Virus record (IMG/VR): IMGVR_UViG_3300017917_003893 | Span: 79,337-143,336 of that record | Length of the DNA stretch: 64,000 nucleotides | Origin: a virus | Strand: one strand, 5' to 3' | Shown: positions 59,701 through 64,000 of the stretch, piece after piece | Layout: each line of letters opens with the position of its first letter | Numbering within the stretch: the stretch's first letter is position 1 | The notes under the pieces: model-generated | Seen by the model: the letters and a program-made list of their open reading frames with translations, nothing else | Told to the model about the DNA's origin: nothing | The model's database searches: none | Made by a program: the position numbers and the translations under genes

Positions 59701-59841
59701 ATGGATATTACAACAGTAGTTTCAGACGTTCTTGACAATCAAAGCTTGGATGTAAATTGTGTAGGTGATTTTCTTCAGATGGCTGAAGATTATAAATATC
59801 AACTCTTAATGGATGAACTCAACTCTGAGTTAAATTCATAA
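59701..59841 (+). CDS. Small acidic protein (46 aa, not in ORF track)
   Basis: MDITTVVSDVLDNQSLDV...; TATCTTTG at 59675-59682 upstream. Confidence 0.55.
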   Translation: MDITTVVSDVLDNQSLDVNCVGDFLQMAEDYKYQLLMDELNSELNS

Positions 59842-59847
59842 AAATAT

Positions 59848-59919
59848 GGTCGGGTGACCGAGTGTTTTAGGTGAAGGCCTGCAAAGCCTTTTACGGTGGT
59901 TAGAATCCATCCCCGACCT
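59848..59919 (+). tRNA. tRNA-Cys (GCA)
   Basis: Acceptor ggtcggg/cccgacc; anticodon arm aaggc-ctGCAaa-gcctt; T arm ggtgg-ttagaat-ccatc; U discriminator; CCA not encoded. Confidence 0.9.
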
Positions 59920-59932
59920 CTAATTTTATTTA

Positions 59933-60529
59933 ATGGTAAATTCATATAATTTAGGCAAAGTTCATACAAACTATTTAACTAGTGATGAGCTAAAAACAGA
60001 GTTTAGAGATTATAAGTTAAAAGTCTTGAATGGTGAAATTAGTTTTACACCATCAGAGAGGTTTATAGAGAGATATAGAGATACTTTATATTTCATTTCA
60101 GATAATCTTTCAAATGATATAATTAGTGGTTCACTTGCACTTAATATATTTGGTCTTATACACAGAGATTCAAATGATATTGATATTATCATAGATGATA
60201 AAAATAGATATCCTAAGTATGATAAAGATGGTTATGAAGATTTAGAATTTTCAACTGCTAACAGATTGGGTTATATTGAGTTCAAACACAAAAGAGGTAT
60301 TTTCACATCTGAAAAAAAATACAAAGTAGACTTTTTTCACAATGATTATGGTGCTTCATTTACCACATTTGATTTTAATGGTAAACAACTCAAAATTCAC
60401 AATCCTTTAGAAATTATTGATTATAAGTTAAATATGGCTATCAATAAAAAAACTGAAAGTTCTACTTCTCGTAAACACAATGAGGATTTGACTGGAATTT
60501 TTGGTCAAATGTCTTGGCAATTACTATAA
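59933..60529 (+). CDS. Pol-beta-type nucleotidyltransferase
   Basis: ISGSLAL...RDSNDIDI...VDFF. Confidence 0.7.
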   Translation: MVNSYNLGKVHTNYLTSDELKTEFRDYKLKVLNGEISFTPSERFIERYRDTLYFISDNLSNDIISGSLALNIFGLIHRDSNDIDIIIDDKNRYPKYDKDGYEDLEFSTANRLGYIEFKHKRGIFTSEKKYKVDFFHNDYGASFTTFDFNGKQLKIHNPLEIIDYKLNMAINKKTESSTSRKHNEDLTGIFGQMSWQLL

Positions 60530-60536
60530 CTTTTAG

Positions 60537-60544
60537 TATCTTTG
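60537..60544 (+). promoter_or_regulatory. TAnnTTTG element 4 nt before ATG
   Basis: TATCTTTG-tgtt-ATG(60549). Confidence 0.6.
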
Positions 60545-60548
60545 TGTT

Positions 60549-61184
60549 ATGGCAAAGTACTTAAACTATCGATACATATTTCCTCCACGTCCAAAGAATG
60601 CTATTCCAGATTCTGAATTAGCTTTTTGGGACAATGGTTCTTTAATTGCTCAGCCAAAACTTAATGGTTCTAACTGTGTTATCTTTACCAATGGTATTAA
60701 GTTCATAGCTATGAATCGTCATAATCAACGATTGACAGCTTTTAATCTTAATGATAATGAGTTAAAAGATATTTACAGAGGTGAAGGCTGGATGGTTTTG
60801 AATGGTGAGTACATGAATAAATCTAAATCTGATGAAAATAATCAGGTTTTTAATCATAAATTTGCAATCTTTGATATACTTGCGTTCAATGGTGAGTATC
60901 TTGTTGGTAAAACATTTGAAGAAAGAATTCAATTACTTGATAGTCTTTATGGTCAAGTAAATTCTGAAAAAGAATATCTTTATAAAATTACTGAAAATGT
61001 TTATCGTGTTAAATCTTATGTAAATGATTTCAAAAATCTTTATGATAATTTGACACCAATTGACATGATTGAGGGTTTAGTGATGAAAAGGAAGGCGGCT
61101 CGTCTAGAATTAGGCACATCTGAGAACAATAATACAAAAAGTCAGTTGAAGTGTCGTAAGGCAACAAAGAATTACAAGTACTAA
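60549..61184 (+). CDS. ATP-dependent ligase, stand-alone adenylation domain
   Basis: QPKLNG, LNGEY, FDIL, EGLVMK; no OB domain. Confidence 0.8.
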   Translation: MAKYLNYRYIFPPRPKNAIPDSELAFWDNGSLIAQPKLNGSNCVIFTNGIKFIAMNRHNQRLTAFNLNDNELKDIYRGEGWMVLNGEYMNKSKSDENNQVFNHKFAIFDILAFNGEYLVGKTFEERIQLLDSLYGQVNSEKEYLYKITENVYRVKSYVNDFKNLYDNLTPIDMIEGLVMKRKAARLELGTSENNNTKSQLKCRKATKNYKY

Positions 61185-61216
61185 ATTTAATATATAAGAA
61201 AAACAATTAATTTCAA

Positions 61217-61783
61217 GTGGAAAAGTTTTCAAAAATCAAACCTAAAAGCGAGTTCTCAGACGATAAAGAAAAAGTACTTTACAAAGACAATCATTTTCAA
61301 ATAGTTCAATTTGAAGACTGGTCAATTCTTAAAGAAAGAGACGCTGTTGTTTGTATTATTTATTTAATTGAAACTAATCAAGTTGTTTTAAGATACGAGT
61401 ATATCCCAACATTCAAATATGCTGATGGTAAAGATTATCACTTAACTTTAGTTTGTGGTGGTATCGAACAAGGTGAGACTGTTGAGAAAGCTTTAAGAAG
61501 AGAAATTGAAGAAGAAGCCGGTATTGTAATTAGAGAAGACTTTCAATTTGAAGCATTAGAACCACTTTTTATTAATAAAGCATCTGCTAATAAATATTAT
61601 CCTTATGTTATTGCTCTTAATGAAAGAGATTATCATGAAGTTGTTGCTAAAGGTGACGGCTCTAAAGAAGAGGAAATGTCTAAATCAGTTAAAGTAGATG
61701 TTAAGTATTTAAGCTCATTAAAGCCATCAGATTTAATAACAGATTATATGTTATTGAAGTTAAAAGAATACTTAAATGTTTAA
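61217..61783 (+). CDS. Nudix hydrolase (ADP-ribose pyrophosphatase-like)
   Basis: GGIEQGETVEKALRREIEEEAG. Confidence 0.85.
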   Translation: MEKFSKIKPKSEFSDDKEKVLYKDNHFQIVQFEDWSILKERDAVVCIIYLIETNQVVLRYEYIPTFKYADGKDYHLTLVCGGIEQGETVEKALRREIEEEAGIVIREDFQFEALEPLFINKASANKYYPYVIALNERDYHEVVAKGDGSKEEEMSKSVKVDVKYLSSLKPSDLITDYMLLKLKEYLNV

Positions 61784-63144
61784 TTCTTTAAGTATCTTTC
61801 TAAATCTCCTTTTATTTCAGCATTAAGTGATTTTGAATCTACATCTCCATAGTCAGAGAAATATGGTTTCATTTCATAGTTAAAAGATTGTTCACCACAC
61901 CATTCTTTGAATATATCAAATAAACTATTACTTTTTAGTCTATCACCATCTTCGTTGTCAATCCATTCATTGCTATACGGAATTTTAAAGAATGTATCTA
62001 GCTCTTGATATTCTTTTCTAACTTGATTTCCTTCAGCATCTTTTGATGTATAGTGTTTAGTTACTTCTCTTTTTTCTTTTGTGAATGTAAACTCTTTTTC
62101 AACTATTTCATCAAATTCATCAAGTATTGTTTGGTAGTTAGCATCAACATGTGCATTCATTTCCCAATCACCTATATTTTGCTTAACTTCTTTACATATT
62201 TCCGAATTTTTACATAATTGTTTTAATGAGTCATAAAATCTTTCTTTAAGTAAATAGTTAATAACTTCTTCTTCTGATTTACCTTTAGTATTATCATAAG
62301 CTTCATCCGAACATTCATCACCTATATGATTTATAAACTTTTCTAAACCACCAGCTTCTTTAATCATTGATTTGATTAACAAAATTCCATTTTCTTTACT
62401 TAATGTGTATTGAAACATTGATGATGTATCTGGTTGATAATCAGATCCATAATAATTATCATACATATTTTCTTGACCATTAACTAAAATATCTTTGTAA
62501 CTCGCATTTCTTGAGAGCATTATGTCTGATAAATCTTCTAAGTTAATCTCAATATAAACTTTACCATCTTCTGATATAATAGCATCTGACCAATTATAGT
62601 AATCAACAAGGTCTTTTTCTGATATTGTAAACTTATCTTTTGATTTAGCAAAAATAGCGATATAACCCTCAGCTTCTAAAACTTCTGGTTCATTCGAATT
62701 CCAGTTATCTGTGTAGAATAATCCATCTTTAATAACTATACCATCAATATCACCAAGATTACCATCACTATCATTTATTTTTATTTCAGCATTGGCTTCT
62801 TCAGCTATAATTGAACAAGCAAATTGAAATGTAGAAGTAACATCATCTTTTTTAATTCTACTACTTTTATCTATTTTAATCCAGTAGGCGGGTGTAACTT
62901 CTTCACCGGCTTTTACTTTTTCTTCAAATATCTCTTTTTCTCTTTCTTTCCACACACCACTTTCGTAATATCCTTGTTTGATTTTATTACAAAATCCAAA
63001 TTCTACAGAAACATAATAACCAGCATCTGTTATTTCCAACATATAATCATTAATGTCATCTTCAGATAATTTCCAAAGAGTCTTTTCTTCTATTTTTTCT
63101 TTAATGGATTCTGAAATAAATTGTATGTACCTTTTAAGTTTCAT
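61780..63144 (-). CDS. Acidic putative internal virion protein
   Basis: MKLKRYIQFISES; late box 4 nt upstream. Confidence 0.65.
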   Translation of the reverse strand: MKLKRYIQFISESIKEKIEEKTLWKLSEDDINDYMLEITDAGYYVSVEFGFCNKIKQGYYESGVWKEREKEIFEEKVKAGEEVTPAYWIKIDKSSRIKKDDVTSTFQFACSIIAEEANAEIKINDSDGNLGDIDGIVIKDGLFYTDNWNSNEPEVLEAEGYIAIFAKSKDKFTISEKDLVDYYNWSDAIISEDGKVYIEINLEDLSDIMLSRNASYKDILVNGQENMYDNYYGSDYQPDTSSMFQYTLSKENGILLIKSMIKEAGGLEKFINHIGDECSDEAYDNTKGKSEEEVINYLLKERFYDSLKQLCKNSEICKEVKQNIGDWEMNAHVDANYQTILDEFDEIVEKEFTFTKEKREVTKHYTSKDAEGNQVRKEYQELDTFFKIPYSNEWIDNEDGDRLKSNSLFDIFKEWCGEQSFNYEMKPYFSDYGDVDSKSLNAEIKGDLERYLKN

Positions 63145-63159
63145 ACTCTATATATAAAA

Positions 63160-63185
63160 AAAGAGAGACTATTTTGTCTCTCTTT
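63160..63185 (-). terminator. Intrinsic terminator abutting a late promoter
   Basis: aagagagac/gtctctctt stem with T run on - strand. Confidence 0.65.
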
Positions 63186-63208
63186 CTTAGCTGTTCGTTT
63201 ATTTAATT

Positions 63209-64000
63209 TTAGATTTTACTTAGTAATTCTGACTTCTTTTCAGAAAACTCTTCATCTGTTAAGATACCTGCTGAGTGTAAATCGGCTAATTTTTTGATTA
63301 GTTCAATTACTTCATTAGATTCTTGTTTAAGTATGTCTTTAAGACCTACTTTTTTTACATCTTTAACTTCTGCTGGTTTTCTACTTTCTGGTAAGATTTG
63401 GATAATAGTTGAAGAGATATAATGTTTCTCAAAGTCCATATCTACCTCAGTGAATTTTTGTTTAGACTTTTCACCTTTTTCAACTCTACCTGTTTCAATT
63501 GAATTCATATTATTTGAACCACCAATATTAAGATTGGATAAATCAACACCAGATGTATAACTACAATTTACAATATTATTACTTGAGTAATAAGCATTTG
63601 ATGTAGTTGTTGTTCCTATAATACCTGAGCCATTAGTTGTTATGACGGTGTTATATGGATTTGTAGTTCCATACCAAACTGTTGGTCTGTAATAAGGATA
63701 AGACGGATAGTAAGGATACCATTTCTCAACAATGATTCTATCAAACTTTCTTTGCCAGTTATCTAAAGTGATAACATCTTCTTTATAGAAGAAAACTTCT
63801 AAAAGACCATTGTTCTGAGTAGCATCTAATGCTTCTCCAGAGTTTTCAATTTCGTAGGTTGAAAATTTGAATTTTTTTCTATCATCAATAAAGCAATCAA
63901 GATAAACCCTTTGTCCTGGTTTTACTACTAATCCTGTTTTTGAGATTGATTGACCGTTTAATTTAATATCAGCGAGAACTGAAACGGTTAGTGGGTTAAA
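63209..64000 (-). CDS. Hypothetical protein with C-terminal SHOCT domain (start outside window)
   Basis: Frame is open from 64000 (FNPLTVSVLADIKLNG...) to ...IKKLADLHSAGILTDEEFSEKKSELL. Confidence 0.75.
   Translation of the reverse strand, partial: FNPLTVSVLADIKLNGQSISKTGLVVKPGQRVYLDCFIDDRKKFKFSTYEIENSGEALDATQNNGLLEVFFYKEDVITLDNWQRKFDRIIVEKWYPYYPSYPYYRPTVWYGTTNPYNTVITTNGSGIIGTTTTSNAYYSSNNIVNCSYTSGVDLSNLNIGGSNNMNSIETGRVEKGEKSKQKFTEVDMDFEKHYISSTIIQILPESRKPAEVKDVKKVGLKDILKQESNEVIELIKKLADLHSAGILTDEEFSEKKSELLSKI

Noticed and set aside
36-63069. Short antisense or out-of-frame ORFs in the track (e.g. 36..287, 924..1115, 8734..8916, 12585..12779, 13332..13544, 17108..17347, 30038..30445, 46577..46822, 52065..52265, 62824..63069)
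   Set aside because: They overlap longer, motif-supported genes and look like shadow ORFs
1-64000. Stop-codon reassignment as in some Bacteroidota phages
   Set aside because: Conserved genes are full length in code 11 and coding density is high; TAG and TGA both end genes
1-64000. CRISPR array, IS element, integrase, rRNA
   Set aside because: No regularly spaced direct repeats, transposase/integrase motifs or rRNA-like segments seen

Overview
This is a very AT-rich, gene-dense 64-kb segment of a large T4-like (jumbo) dsDNA phage read in the standard genetic code. Its host is most likely Bacteroidota, judged from TAnnTTTG -7 promoters, the lack of Shine-Dalgarno motifs, an Hc1-like protein and a lipoprotein. 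It encodes replication/repair genes (split PolB N-half, gp41-like helicase, DinG-like helicase, UvsX, RuvC-like nuclease, NEIL1-like glycosylase, ligase), nucleotide metabolism genes (NrdA, ThyA, Nudix, MazG), a TagD-LicD-glycosyltransferase cluster, tail-fibre genes, CysK, GreA, a SET protein and tRNA-Cys. The most striking locus is a Ro60 (TROVE-vWA) gene preceded by two covarying Y-RNA-like ncRNAs. One of them carries a ~210-nt pseudoknotted domain, and the region can fold as a terminator/antiterminator switch that could autoregulate Ro60. Two mutually exclusive peptide tags run through the proteome. One is an N-terminal capsid-targeting-like motif on ~25 mostly late proteins. The other is a mostly C-terminal R-[DENKQ]-x-[KR]-[IL]-x-x-[IL]-[LF] motif on ~16 other proteins, including miniature fragments of PolB and major capsid protein. 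Many genes look leaderless. All assignments come from motif reading by eye; no searches were run.
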